Positions 17,726-25,872 of a stretch of 25,872 nucleotides of DNA are shown here, piece by piece; position 1 is the first letter of the stretch, and each line of letters starts with the position of its first letter. Under the pieces are notes generated by a model, which worked only from the letters and a program-made list of their open reading frames with translations, did not search any database and was not told the DNA's origin. The DNA is from Bacteroidota bacterium. GTDB lineage: Bacteria; Bacteroidota; Bacteroidia; Flavobacteriales_C; GCA-002722245. Location: assembly GCA_041191385.1 (NCBI GenBank), contig JBEEPA010000104.1, positions 1 to 25,872 on the forward strand, written 5' to 3'. The translations under genes and the position numbers were made by a program.

Positions 17726-17905
17726 ACATAAGGGTTTGTAACTTAAAGATACTTAAATTGATTTAACCACAAACTCTAAAAAATTTATGTATAACATAAA
17801 TTAAACTATTATAATTAATTTTAAACAAACTGATTCTTTAATCTAGAATGATAATAAATTCCTATTTTGATTTTAGCTTAATCCTTAGTAAGTTTTAATA
17901 TTTAA

Positions 17906-18361
17906 TTATTCGATTGTGAAACCTGTATCTTCGAATAGGTTATTTCCGTCGGCGGCAGCGGTGGCAAGTTGGTCGCAGCGTTCATTTAATGGGTGGCCGT
18001 TGTGGCCTTTTACCCATATCATTTTAATTTTGTGGATTTTGCTTACTTCTAAAAATTTACGCCATAAATCAGGGTTTTTTTTGTCTTTAAACCCTTTTTT
18101 AACCCAACCGTCCACCCATCTCTTTTCTATGCTGTCAACCACGTATTTAGAGTCGGAGTAAATCTCTACTTCACAACTTTCTTTTAGCAATGCCAAAGCA
18201 TCTATTACCGCTAACAATTCCATGCGGTTATTCGTGGTATTTTTAAAACCTTTGCTAATTTCTTTTTGATGATTACCATAAATTAAAACAGCTCCATACC
18301 CACCCCTACCTGGATTTCCGCGCGATGCACCATCGGTATATATGCTAACTTTTTTTGTCAT
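17906..18361 (-). CDS. rnhA: Ribonuclease HI
   Basis: YTDGASRGNPG, TTNNRMEL, SDSKY, WVKGH, NERCD, covering the catalytic D/E/D/D residues. Confidence 0.97.
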   Translation of the reverse strand: MTKKVSIYTDGASRGNPGRGGYGAVLIYGNHQKEISKGFKNTTNNRMELLAVIDALALLKESCEVEIYSDSKYVVDSIEKRWVDGWVKKGFKDKKNPDLWRKFLEVSKIHKIKMIWVKGHNGHPLNERCDQLATAAADGNNLFEDTGFTIE

Positions 18362-18377
18362 GGCAAATTATATTCAT

Positions 18378-18406
18378 AAAAAAACCCCGATTACATCGAG
18401 GTTTTT
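18378..18406 (-). terminator. Intrinsic terminator after gltD
   Basis: Minus strand reads A5-CCTCGAT-GTA-ATCGGGG-T7: a 7-bp stem with one U-G pair followed by a U-tract. Confidence 0.75.
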
Positions 18407-18420
18407 AAAAAATTTGGTTG

Positions 18421-18458
18421 TCCCCTTTCAGCCTACGGCAGCTTTCCCCCAGGAAAGC
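18421..18458. repeat. REP-like double-hairpin element (single copy in this window)
   Basis: TCCCCTTTCA, then GCC-TAC-GGC, then A, then GCTTTCC-CCCA-GGAAAGC. A GC-rich island between the gltD stop and its terminator. Repetition elsewhere in the genome cannot be seen here. Confidence 0.45.
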
Positions 18459-18471
18459 AGTTAAAAAGGTA

Positions 18472-19953
18472 TTAAATCGCCAAATGCGACATGTCTTTAC
18501 TTTCTAGTAAAGATTCGCCCATTAAGAATTCATCTACTGAGCGTGCACACTCTCTACCCTCGGAAATAGCCCAAACCACCAACGACTGACCTCTACGCAT
18601 ATCTCCAGCAGCAAAAACTTTATCAACGTTAGTTTTGTAATCCTTTTCGTTTGCTTTAACATTGGTACGAGGATCTAACTCTACACCAAACTGCTCCAAC
18701 AAACCACCTTTATCCGGACCAGTAAAACCTACTGCTAATAAAGCTAAATCACAAGGCATTTCTTTTTCGGTACCTGGAACTTCCTTAAACACCATTCTTC
18801 CACCCTCATCTATCCACTCCAATTCAGCAACTTTAATTGCTTTAAGTTCGCCATTATCATTACCGATAAACTCCTTTGTTAAAATACTAAACTTACGTTC
18901 GCAACCTTCCTCATGCGATGAAGATGTACGTAAAACCAAAGGCCATTCTGGCCAAGGATTTTTGTAATCTCTACTCATAGGTGGTTTTAAATTAATCTCG
19001 AACTGCGTAACAGATTTTGCTCCATGACGATTTGATGTACCCACACAATCCGAACCTGTATCACCACCGCCAATTACAATCACATTTTTATCTGTAGCAA
19101 ACACTTCTTCTACATTTTTACCTTTGTGATTTTCGTGTTTTAATTCCGAAACTCGAGCATTATTTTGAGATAAAAAGTCCATTGCAAAATAAATTCCTTT
19201 TAAATCTCTGCCCGGTATAGTAACATCTCTTGGAGTTGTTGCACCTCCTGATAAAACCACAGCATCAAAATCTTTTAAAATTTCATTCGCTTGAATATCG
19301 TTACCAACCTCAACACCACATTTAAATGTAATACCATCACGCTCCATTAATTCTACTCTACGCTCCACAACCCATTTTTCTAATTTAAAATCTGGAATAC
19401 CAAAGCGTAATAAACCTCCAGGTTTTTGAGCACGTTCAAATACAACTACACTGTGCCCAGCTTTATTTAATTGCTCTGCAGCAGCTAAACCCGCAGGACC
19501 ACTACCAATTACTGCAACTTTTTTACCAGTGCGTTTGATATTTGATTTTGGTTGAACCCATCCATTTTTAAAAGCTTCCTCAATAATCGATTTTTCTATA
19601 TGTTCGATTGCTACTGGCGGTTTATTGATTCCCAAAACACATGAACCCTCACAAGGAGCCGGACAAATTCGACCGGTGAACTCAGGGAAGTTGTTTGTTG
19701 TAGATAAAATATCAAAAGCCTCTTTCCAATCGCCACGATATACCGCATCGTTAAACTCTGGGATTACATTCCCCAGCGGACAACCACTGTGGCAAAAAGG
19801 AATACCGCAATCCATACATCTAGCAGCTTGATTACGTGTTTTTTCTTCCGAAAAAGGAACATAAAACTCTTTATAATCTTTTATTCTTTCATCAGCTGGT
19901 TTATATTTCGGTAATTCTCTTTCAAATTTTAAAAAACCGTCTTTCTGACCCAT
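18472..19953 (-). CDS. gltD: Glutamate synthase small subunit
   Basis: Fe-S motifs CMDCGIPFCHSGCP and GRICPAPCEGSC, FAD-binding GSGPAGL, and GGGDTGSDC. Confidence 0.97.
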   Translation of the reverse strand: MGQKDGFLKFERELPKYKPADERIKDYKEFYVPFSEEKTRNQAARCMDCGIPFCHSGCPLGNVIPEFNDAVYRGDWKEAFDILSTTNNFPEFTGRICPAPCEGSCVLGINKPPVAIEHIEKSIIEEAFKNGWVQPKSNIKRTGKKVAVIGSGPAGLAAAEQLNKAGHSVVVFERAQKPGGLLRFGIPDFKLEKWVVERRVELMERDGITFKCGVEVGNDIQANEILKDFDAVVLSGGATTPRDVTIPGRDLKGIYFAMDFLSQNNARVSELKHENHKGKNVEEVFATDKNVIVIGGGDTGSDCVGTSNRHGAKSVTQFEINLKPPMSRDYKNPWPEWPLVLRTSSSHEEGCERKFSILTKEFIGNDNGELKAIKVAELEWIDEGGRMVFKEVPGTEKEMPCDLALLAVGFTGPDKGGLLEQFGVELDPRTNVKANEKDYKTNVDKVFAAGDMRRGQSLVVWAISEGRECARSVDEFLMGESLLESKDMSHLAI

Positions 19954-19984
19954 ATCTTTTATATCTTTTTAAAGTATCAAAAAA

Positions 19985-22900
19985 TTAAGCTAATTGTGCT
20001 TGTTGTTTTTGTTTTGCTTGTTCCAAAACACGTTTGTAATCTCTTGGCATAACTTTTACAAAAAACTGTTTTTCTTTATCCCAAGATTCGATAATTTTTT
20101 TAGCTACTCTGGAAGAAGTTCTTTCTAAATGCTCGTTAACCAATTGGCGTACAAAAGTAAAATCCTCTTGTTGTAATTCCTCTAAATCACTTAACTCATT
20201 ATTGAAATTATCTCCAAAATTATTGTAACGATTGTAAACGTAAGCAATACCACCACTCATACCAGCACCAAAGTTTCTACCCGTTTCACCCAAAATCACC
20301 ACTCTACCTCCTGTCATGTACTCACAACCATGGTCCCCAATGCCCTCAACAACCGCAGTAACACCCGAGTTACGAACTGCAAAACGCTCGCCTGCTAAAC
20401 CGTTGATAAATGCTTTACCAGATGTTGCACCATAAAATGCAACGTTACCAATAATCATATTTTCCTCTGGAGCAAAGTTTGATTTTTTACTAGGATAAAC
20501 AACTAATTCGGCGCCAGATAATCCTTTACCAAAATAATCGTTTGCTTCACCTTCCAATTCAAATAAAACACCTTTAGTAGTAAATACTCCAAACGACTGT
20601 CCGGCAGAACCTGTTAATTTAACATGAATTGTTCCTTCAGGTAAGCCTTTACCTCCATGAACTTTACAAATTTCGTTGGATAACATAGCACCCAATGAAC
20701 GATCTGTATTGATGATTTTAAACTCACCTTTTACTGGCGTACCATTTTGAATAGCTGGTTGAGCTAACTCAATAATTTTACGATCCAATACATCATTTAT
20801 TACGTGATCTTGCTCTTTAAATTTGAATAAGCCTACAGATTGTGGAACTTGTGGTTTGTATAAAATCGGACTTAAATCTAAGTTTTTCAACTTCCAGTGA
20901 TTTAAGTTTTCATCCACTTCCAACATATCCGATCTACCCACCATTTCATTAATTGTACGGAAACCTAATTCTGCCATGATTTCTCGTAAATCCTCTGCTA
21001 AGAAACGGAAGAAATTAACCACATGATCAGGATCACCAGAAAACAACTGACGTAATTCTGGATTTTGCGTAGCAATACCAACCGGACAAGTATTTAAATG
21101 ACATTTACGCATCATAATACAACCTTCAACCACTAAAGCAGCCGTTGCAACACCCCATTCCTCTGCACCCAATAAAGTTGCAATAGCAATATCTCTACCT
21201 GTACGCAATTGTCCATCGGTTTGTACAGTAATTCTACTTCTTAAATCATTTAAAACTAACGTTTGGTGAGCTTCTGCTAAACCTAATTCCCAAGGTAAAC
21301 CAGCATGGCGAATAGATGAAATAGGAGATGCTCCTGTACCACCATCATAACCCGAAATCAATACCACATCACCTTTAGCTTTTGCAACACCTGTAGCAAT
21401 TGTTCCTACACCTGCCTCAGATACCAACTTAACATTGATACGTGCTGCACGATTGGCATTTTTTAAATCGAAAATCAACTGAGCTAAATCCTCGATAGAA
21501 TAAATATCGTGGTGTGGAGGAGGTGAAATTAAACCTACACCTGGAGTACTATGACGTACTCTACCAATCCAATCATCCACTTTATGCCCTGGTAACTGTC
21601 CGCCTTCACCCGGCTTAGCCCCTTGAGCCATTTTAATTTGTAATTCTTCGGCATTAGTTAAATAATGTGCTGTAACACCAAATCTACCCGATGCTACTTG
21701 TTTAATTGCACTTCTTTCCCAATCGCCGTTAGCTTTTCTTTCGAAACGGATTTCATCTTCACCACCCTCACCAGAATTAGATTTACCTCCAATACGGTTC
21801 ATAGCAATGGCTAATGTGGAATGCGCTTCGTGAGAAATTGAGCCAAAAGACATTGCACCTGTAGCAAATCTTTTAAAAATATTTTCGGCACTTTCTACCT
21901 CGCTTAACGGAATAGAATTACCTTTTTTAAATTTAAACAAACTACGAATAGTGATATGCCTTTTCATTTGATCGTTGATTGCGTTGGCATATGTTTTATA
22001 TAATTCATAATCGTTTAACTTTGTACTTTTTTGTAAAGCATGAATCGTTACAGGATTAAACAAATGCACTTCACCTTTACGTTTCCATTGGTAAAAACCA
22101 CCTACAGATAAATGGCGCTCCTCTGGATTATCCGAAAATGCTCGTTTATGTTTAATTAAAGCTTCTTTTGATAAATCATCAAATGATAAACCTTTGATGC
22201 GGCTAACTGTACCTGTAAAACATTTTTCGATAACATTCACATCTAAACCAATTGCCTCAAACATTTGTGCACCATGGTATGATTGAATAGTAGAAATACC
22301 CATTTTAGAGAATACTTTTAACAAACCTGCATCGATAGATTTTTGGTAGTTTTTAAGTAAATCTTTAATGTTTACAATGCCATCCGCAATTTCTTCTTTA
22401 TGCATTTCGCGAATAGTATCACCAGCTAAATATGCATTTACAGCATTGGCACCAAAACCAATTAATGTTGCAAAATGGTGTACCTCAATAACATCACCAG
22501 CTTCTACTACAATACTTGTTTTTGCACGTAATCCTTTTTTGCATAAAGCACTGTGTACAGCACCTACAGCTAATAAAGATGGTATTGGAGCTGTTAAATT
22601 ATCCACTTTTTTATTAGAGATAATTAAAATATTACAACCCATTAAAGTTGCACGCTCTGCATTAGCTGATATTTCTTCAATTGCTCTTTCTAATGTTCCC
22701 GGACGACCGTTAGCAGTGAAAGTAGCGTTGATTACATAAGATTTAAACGAATCGTCGTTTAAGCTTTTAATTTTATCCAACTGACCATTGCTAATAACTG
22801 GAGAATCCAAATGAATTTGTCGGCAGTGCTCCGGTGTTTCAGATAAAATATTTTTTTGTGGACCTAAATTCGTGTACAAAGACATGATTACTTTTTCACG

Positions 22901-24499
22901 AATAGGATCGATTGGTGGGTTAGAAACCTGCGCAAATAATTGTTTAAAATAGTTGCTTAAGTGTTGAGCTTGAGTTGATAAAACCGCAATTGGTGTATCT
23001 GCACCCATAGAGCCCACAGCCTCATAACCATCTTTTGCCATTGGCGCTAGTACTTCTTCAACATCTTCTTTACTAAAACCAAAAGCAATTTGGTGTTGTA
23101 ATAACTCTGTACCTTTATATGGCGCTTTAGATTTTTCGCGCGGTCGAGCTAAATCTTTTAAAGTTAATTTATTTTCTTTTAACCATCTACCGTATGGTTT
23201 TTTAGAACAAATTTCGTCCTTTAATTCATCATCCGAAACAATTCTACCTTGTTTTAAATCGGCAATAAATAATTTTCCAGGTTGTAATCTACCTTTTTTA
23301 ATAACCTTAGTTTCATCTACAACTAAAGCACCTGCCTCGGAAGCCATAATTACTGTATCATCATTTAAAACACAGTATCTTGATGGACGTAAACCGTTTC
23401 TATCTAAAGTTGCGCCTACAACTTCACCATCTGTAAAAGATATAGAAGCCGGACCATCCCATGGTTCCATAATTGAGCTGTAGTATTCGTAAAACGCACG
23501 TTTTTCTTCACGCATTTTAGGATTTTTTTGCCAAGCTTCAGGAATCAACATCATCATTACATGTGCCAACGGACGACCACCTAAAGCCAACAATTCTACT
23601 ACGTTATCCAAGTTAGAAGAATCCGAACGACGGATATCGCAAATTGGCATCATCCAATCAATTTCTTCTAAAGTAAAGTTAGTAGATTCTAACAACACCT
23701 GGCGACTCTTCATCCAGTTAACATTACCCTTAATGGTATTAATTTCACCATTGTGTGCAATGTAACGGAAAGGTTGAGCCAAACGCCATTTAGGAAAAGT
23801 ATTGGTAGAAAAACGAGAGTGAACAACTGCTAAAGCAGATTCCATTTCGTCGTTTTGTAAATCTAAGTAATAAGCAGGAACCTGATCGGTACGTAACATA
23901 CCTTTATAAACAATCACTTTATACGAACAGCTAGCAATATAAAAATTTTCATCTGCACCAGCTATCTCATTTTTAATTGTACGTATAGCATACTTACGTA
24001 ATACTACTAATCTTCTTTCTAAATCTTCTTTATTATCGCTTAATAAATACTTTAAAAATACCTGCTGAACATCTGGTTCTGTAGCTAAAGAGGATTTCCC
24101 TAACATAGAATTATCTGTGGGAACTTTTCGATAAGCAATTAATTCGAAACCTAATTTTTTAATATATTCCTCAAATCTATCTTTTACAATAGCACGTAAA
24201 TTTTCGTCCTTAGGGAAAAACGTCATTGCTACCCCATATTGTCCAAACTCAGGTAAATCAACATTTTGTTTTTTTAACTCTGATTGAAAAAAATCATGAG
24301 GAACTTGTAATAAAATACCAGCACCATCACCACTTTCGGGCTCACATCCACAACCACCTCTGTGCTCCATGTTGATTAACATAGATAGCGCATCGCGAAC
24401 AATTTTATTAGATTTTTTGTTTTTTAAATTGGCTACAAACCCAATACCACATGAGTCTCGCTCAAAACTTGGGTCGTACAATCCTTGATTAACCGACAT
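19985..24499 (-). CDS. gltB: Glutamate synthase large subunit
   Basis: N-terminal ERDSCGIGFVA (Ntn Cys after a short propeptide), HSRFSTNT, HNGEINT, GAMSFGSIS, KMAQGAKPGEGGQLPG, 3Fe-4S CIMMRKCHLNTC, and C-terminal GXGXG repeats. Confidence 0.98.
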   Translation of the reverse strand: MSVNQGLYDPSFERDSCGIGFVANLKNKKSNKIVRDALSMLINMEHRGGCGCEPESGDGAGILLQVPHDFFQSELKKQNVDLPEFGQYGVAMTFFPKDENLRAIVKDRFEEYIKKLGFELIAYRKVPTDNSMLGKSSLATEPDVQQVFLKYLLSDNKEDLERRLVVLRKYAIRTIKNEIAGADENFYIASCSYKVIVYKGMLRTDQVPAYYLDLQNDEMESALAVVHSRFSTNTFPKWRLAQPFRYIAHNGEINTIKGNVNWMKSRQVLLESTNFTLEEIDWMMPICDIRRSDSSNLDNVVELLALGGRPLAHVMMMLIPEAWQKNPKMREEKRAFYEYYSSIMEPWDGPASISFTDGEVVGATLDRNGLRPSRYCVLNDDTVIMASEAGALVVDETKVIKKGRLQPGKLFIADLKQGRIVSDDELKDEICSKKPYGRWLKENKLTLKDLARPREKSKAPYKGTELLQHQIAFGFSKEDVEEVLAPMAKDGYEAVGSMGADTPIAVLSTQAQHLSNYFKQLFAQVSNPPIDPIREKVIMSLYTNLGPQKNILSETPEHCRQIHLDSPVISNGQLDKIKSLNDDSFKSYVINATFTANGRPGTLERAIEEISANAERATLMGCNILIISNKKVDNLTAPIPSLLAVGAVHSALCKKGLRAKTSIVVEAGDVIEVHHFATLIGFGANAVNAYLAGDTIREMHKEEIADGIVNIKDLLKNYQKSIDAGLLKVFSKMGISTIQSYHGAQMFEAIGLDVNVIEKCFTGTVSRIKGLSFDDLSKEALIKHKRAFSDNPEERHLSVGGFYQWKRKGEVHLFNPVTIHALQKSTKLNDYELYKTYANAINDQMKRHITIRSLFKFKKGNSIPLSEVESAENIFKRFATGAMSFGSISHEAHSTLAIAMNRIGGKSNSGEGGEDEIRFERKANGDWERSAIKQVASGRFGVTAHYLTNAEELQIKMAQGAKPGEGGQLPGHKVDDWIGRVRHSTPGVGLISPPPHHDIYSIEDLAQLIFDLKNANRAARINVKLVSEAGVGTIATGVAKAKGDVVLISGYDGGTGASPISSIRHAGLPWELGLAEAHQTLVLNDLRSRITVQTDGQLRTGRDIAIATLLGAEEWGVATAALVVEGCIMMRKCHLNTCPVGIATQNPELRQLFSGDPDHVVNFFRFLAEDLREIMAELGFRTINEMVGRSDMLEVDENLNHWKLKNLDLSPILYKPQVPQSVGLFKFKEQDHVINDVLDRKIIELAQPAIQNGTPVKGEFKIINTDRSLGAMLSNEICKVHGGKGLPEGTIHVKLTGSAGQSFGVFTTKGVLFELEGEANDYFGKGLSGAELVVYPSKKSNFAPEENMIIGNVAFYGATSGKAFINGLAGERFAVRNSGVTAVVEGIGDHGCEYMTGGRVVILGETGRNFGAGMSGGIAYVYNRYNNFGDNFNNELSDLEELQQEDFTFVRQLVNEHLERTSSRVAKKIIESWDKEKQFFVKVMPRDYKRVLEQAKQKQQAQLA

Positions 24500-24543
24500 A
24501 TATCTTTTGCTTTAATTAACAACTTCCCCAAGAAAAGGGAGTA

Positions 24544-24551
24544 CAAAAGTA
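24544..24551 (-). promoter_or_regulatory. Bacteroidota -7 element TACTTTTG for gltBD
   Basis: Exact TAnnTTTG on the minus strand, 45 nt from the gltB ATG. Confidence 0.55.
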
Positions 24552-24575
24552 CGTAAAAAATAACAAAATAGAAAG

Positions 24576-24584
24576 TTATCCACA
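24576..24584 (+). promoter_or_regulatory. Perfect DnaA-box consensus TTATCCACA
   Basis: Exact 9-mer in the intergenic region upstream of gltB. Single copy, function unproven. Confidence 0.3.
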
Positions 24585-24784
24585 TTAAATAAATTCATTT
24601 GATTATTTAATTTGTAATTATTATTTTCCAACACCCCCAATGTTATGTTAATTTTTAATGGAAATGATATAAAAAGTTAACATACCCCCCCTCAAAAAAG
24701 TTATGTAGAATATAATTTATAAATATCAATTTGTGATTTTGTTTAAAGTATTAACAATATGAATATATTAAAAGGTAAAGTAAA

Positions 24785-25822
24785 CTATTTAAATTTCTGT
24801 TTCTTTTTATTCGTCATTTCTAAATAAGCATTTCCTTGTACTGTTTTGCCATTTATCGAGCCATTTACTATACACATTCCTTCCCAATATGATAATTTTT
24901 GAAAACCTTGAGATATTGTTAATTCTTGATTAGGAAATAAGGTTTGCAACTGTAGTTTAGCATTTAAATTATCTATTTGTATATCCCAAATCATGGGATA
25001 GATTTTTTTTGTGCGTGGACTTTTCCAGTATTCATTTGGTACCATTTGAATATACTCATGAGGAATTGTATAAACCTTTAGTAAACTATCCTTGAATGTT
25101 CCACCATATACTGTAGTATTATTTTTAGGGTTATGTACTTGATACAACATTAAATCGCTTCCATCATTAAAATGAACAGATAACCAATCCCATGAAATTT
25201 TCATCGGACTAACCGAACCGCAATTCCATTGTCTATCATACCAAAGCATACCTTTAACTGGTATAGTATCGTTTTTAATGATTATTTCACCTTTTGTTGA
25301 TAATCTTGAGAAAGAATAATATCCAGCATCGGCCAAATTTCCATAATATACATATCCGCTATCGTTATGTAAAATTGGTGTTTGTGTGGATTGAGTTGTT
25401 AAATTAAAACTTACTGGATGCTTTTTCATTTGAGCATTTAATTGATAATTGCCCAAAGAGCCTTGTAAAATATAATTGCCCAATTTAAAATTTAAAGGTA
25501 AAGTATCGTTTAAAATATCTTTAGTTAATTGGATAGAATAATCGTAGTAAAAAACACTATCTTTTGGCAAACTTACAGCAGCATTAACCATAACGCGAGA
25601 TAATTTATCATAAGTATAAAAATGAAAAAACACATATTCTACACCATATAAATTACCTCTATTATCCTCTAAAAAGCCTGTTAAATACCACCATTCCAAA
25701 GAATTTTTAGGGTGTTTTATTTCCTCAAATGGTAAATTAGCAGCTTTTTTGGGCACATCAAATTTGGTAACAAATGGTTTACTGCAAGATGCTAATAATA
25801 AAATAACCCATAAAATTCGCAT
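24785..25822 (-). CDS. AttH/CrtC (carotenoid 1,2-hydratase-like, lipocalin-like fold) lipoprotein
   Basis: Lipobox LLASC, LEWWYLTG, YYSFSRL, WYDRQW, WDWLSVHFNDG, YPMIWDI, YWEG. These blocks match the CrtC/AttH plus Lipocalin_9 architecture. Confidence 0.8.
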   Translation of the reverse strand: MRILWVILLLASCSKPFVTKFDVPKKAANLPFEEIKHPKNSLEWWYLTGFLEDNRGNLYGVEYVFFHFYTYDKLSRVMVNAAVSLPKDSVFYYDYSIQLTKDILNDTLPLNFKLGNYILQGSLGNYQLNAQMKKHPVSFNLTTQSTQTPILHNDSGYVYYGNLADAGYYSFSRLSTKGEIIIKNDTIPVKGMLWYDRQWNCGSVSPMKISWDWLSVHFNDGSDLMLYQVHNPKNNTTVYGGTFKDSLLKVYTIPHEYIQMVPNEYWKSPRTKKIYPMIWDIQIDNLNAKLQLQTLFPNQELTISQGFQKLSYWEGMCIVNGSINGKTVQGNAYLEMTNKKKQKFK

Positions 25823-25842
25823 GATTTATACTTTTAGAATTA

Positions 25843-25850
25843 CAAAAATA
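25843..25850 (-). promoter_or_regulatory. Bacteroidota -7 element TATTTTTG for the AttH-like gene
   Basis: Exact TAnnTTTG on the minus strand, 21 nt from the ATG. Upstream context is cut off by the window end. Confidence 0.45.
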
Positions 25851-25872
25851 CTGCATTGCTAAAGGCATAAAT

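Noticed and set aside
935-22739. Short antisense or alternate-frame ORFs in the track (e.g. 935-1123, 1166-1435, 1692-1883, 2923-3153, 3801-4001, 4155-4352, 5266-5481, 5619-6077, 8093-8368, 8893-9189, 9358-9555, 9759-9950, 10588-10890, 11034-11219, 12505-12705, 14016-14258, 14135-14323, 17916-18161, 18662-18967, 19625-19831, 22368-22739)
   Set aside because: All lie wholly inside well-supported genes and have no recognisable motifs. They are expected shadow ORFs.
24500-24784. Replication origin in the AT-rich gltB upstream region
   Set aside because: Only one consensus DnaA box, no box cluster, and no typical origin-flanking genes.
1-25872. tRNA, rRNA, CRISPR arrays, long tandem repeats
   Set aside because: Intergenic gaps are short (under 300 nt) and I saw no cloverleaf, rRNA-like or repeat-spacer pattern by eye.

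Overview
Mostly housekeeping DNA from a low-GC Bacteroidota chromosome. The phylum call rests on gldC, a T9SS C-terminal sorting domain, the lpxC-fabZ fusion, split metH and TAnnTTTG-type promoters. From left to right: gldC, metG, a DUF6427-like membrane protein, a NagX/HGSNAT-like acyltransferase and a FucP/GluP/NagP-family MFS sugar transporter (all minus). On the plus strand follow a small CxxC membrane protein, a SAM-I riboswitch with a visible terminator/antiterminator, and a split B12-dependent methionine synthase whose halves are separated by an 82-aa ORF and a KilA-N DNA-binding gene. The minus strand then carries a T9SS-secreted serine hydrolase, an orphan ABC ATPase, lpxA, lpxC-fabZ, lpxD, an SGNH/GDSL lipoprotein, rnhA, gltD, gltB and an AttH/CrtC-like lipoprotein. 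I saw no tRNA, rRNA, CRISPR array, transposase or integrase. The most unusual features are the KilA-N cassette inside the SAM-riboswitch-controlled split metH unit, the roughly 90-aa periplasmic insertion in the MFS transporter, the apparent mid-operon position of the riboswitch, the non-canonical ABC ATPase after lpxA, a REP-like double hairpin after gltD and a codon-usage shift in the metH tail. I cannot claim a new biological system from this sequence alone. All family assignments come from motif recognition, not database searches.
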